Shown here piece after piece: positions 62,681-64,000 of a stretch of 64,000 nt of DNA. Location: the NCBI RefSeq assembly GCF_018977255.1, contig NW_024704743.1:55864001-55928000 (forward strand), in the 5' to 3' direction. Numbering within the stretch: position 1 is the first letter of the stretch; each line of letters begins with the position of its first letter. Source of the stretch: Callorhinchus milii (Eukaryota). Made by a program: the position numbers and the translations under genes. The notes below the pieces were generated by a model, which was not told the DNA's origin, did no database searches, and saw only the letters and a program-made list of their open reading frames with translations.

Positions 62681-63209
62681 AATGTTTATGTGGGTGGTAC
62701 AGTTAACATTTTAAAAGAAAGATGCAGCTCATTCTATATTTGTCAGTAAATATAGTGATGTTGACAGGATGCACATTATTATTCCGCATTTGTCTGTGAT
62801 TTTCCTGGCTTTGGTATTAATGCCTTATAATGAGAAATTGTATATTCCACTACTAGTGAAGTGCTGCTCTCTGGAACATCTATTGCATAGTTATGTGTTT
62901 TCAGCAGTCACAAAGCTTTTATTCTGGATCACGTTTGTTCAAAAATGTTGTTCAAACCATTATTGGCAGGCTCATTGACCAGTGTCATCACATATATTGC
63001 TGATTTGGCTCTGTGGAGTTTTTAGTCTTGCATCATAATGCAATTCCTCTGTTGTGATATCTCAATAAAGCTTTAATCAATTGGTACACAGATTGTAGTG
63101 TCACTCTGAAAATGTCAAATTTTAGCATAAGTCTCTTGTCCCTGAAGATTGTAGGACTTCAGGACTTTGAGGTTGTATAGTTTCGACTGACACATTAGTG
63201 CAATACTAG

Positions 63210-63365
63210 AGGAATGCAGCATTGTCAGAGGTGTCGTCCTTTGGGTGAGATATTAAATTGAGGTCCTATCTGCCTGGTTACAGAAACATTAAAGATCCCA
63301 TGATTGTTCAAAAAGAGAAATGAGTTTCTTACAGTGTTATGGCTAACAATTCCCCAATTAAAACT
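63210..63365 (+). mobile_element. DeuSINE core fragment
   Basis: gcagcattgtcagaggtgtcgtcctttgggtgagatattaaattgagg...aaagatcccatg. Confidence 0.75.
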
Positions 63366-63384
63366 GGACTGCCTCCAGGAGGTG

Positions 63385-63475
63385 AATGGTTCTGCACTAC
63401 TCCAGCGACCTGCTGATGACAACCCAGCCCGCCTGACTCGTTGGTAGGACCTAGAAGGACAAACCAGTAACATTC
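63385..63475 (-). mobile_element. Internal fragment of the unclassified repeat, opposite orientation
   Basis: Reverse complement aggtcctaccaacgagtcaggcgggctgggttgtcatcagcagg aligns to 40518-40560 and to about 2645-2690. Confidence 0.65.
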
Positions 63476-64000
63476 AGAGTGTACATCTTGCAGCCCATTG
63501 TGCCTGTGGCCTTTTCATGCTGATTTAGTCCTGAACATCAAGCAGCAGAGACCTGCGAGGTCAGGTTGCTTCTCTGATTACACAAGACGTGATTTTGGTC
63601 AGGGATCTGTGTTTGCATTTGCTGTTTGCTTAATCTCCAAAGGGAAGCTTTTCATGTTTTTGCCTCTTGTCGTGAGCAGATAAGAATTGAGGGAAAAATG
63701 GGCTTCTTTGATTACATCTAATGATGAAACTAGCTGTTATCCGTGATTGTGAAGCCAGATTTAATAGGTGGAATATATCATTCAGTGATACACGAGCCAT
63801 CAATATAAAGGATTCTTCAGACATGCAGCCTTTCTGGAATTCTGTACTGTAATCTTAAAGCTGCAAAGTCACCTCTGTTTTTACTTCTCAGAATTCTCTG
63901 CAATAAACCTGAAATATCATTATCCCTTGCCTCCTTAAAGGCACCCTCCTTCAGTCACTTTCCTACCCCTACCCTCCACACTCCCTGATCCCAACCCCCT

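Noticed and set aside
63410..63470. CTGATGA as a hammerhead or C/D-box snoRNA motif (also at 2706)
   Set aside because: No correctly placed GAAA with stem II and no terminal stem with a D box; both lie within the unclassified repeat.
1..64000. Prokaryote-type systems (CRISPR, retrons, operons) or a novel multi-gene system
   Set aside because: The sequence is spliceosomal-intron DNA of a vertebrate; all RT-like ORFs belong to L2, CR1 or Tx1 LINEs.

Overview
Eukaryotic (vertebrate) genomic DNA, almost entirely intronic. Two coding exons on the + strand (1486-1616, 131 bp; 45035-45186, 152 bp) have canonical AG/GT splice sites, join in frame, and encode the N-terminal membrane region and first His box of alkylglycerol monooxygenase (AGMO/TMEM195; equivalent to human exons 2 and 3). 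They are separated by a 43.4-kb intron. I found neither exon 1 nor exon 4 in the window. The rest is dense with repeats typical of a cartilaginous fish (inference; possibly a chimaera): L2 LINEs with (TTG)n tails, CR1 LINEs, two tRNA-derived SINE families with L2-type tails (a DeuSINE type and a second type with a Meta-like central segment), a Tx1 fragment, a hAT deletion derivative, a Tigger-like remnant, palindromic MITE-like elements and microsatellites. Most listed ORFs are retroelement fragments or noise. I see no prokaryotic-type system and no new protein-coding system. Best leads: a Tx1 insertion with a twin-priming (5'-inversion) structure and 15-bp TSD; two L2 copies sharing one frameshift; an unclassified repeat family with inverted termini; an LF-SINE-like element; palindromic element families; a decayed hammerhead-like motif; and repeat-free intronic islands that may be conserved enhancers. 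Repeat family names come from remembered consensus features, not database searches. Repeat boundaries are approximate unless a TSD is quoted.
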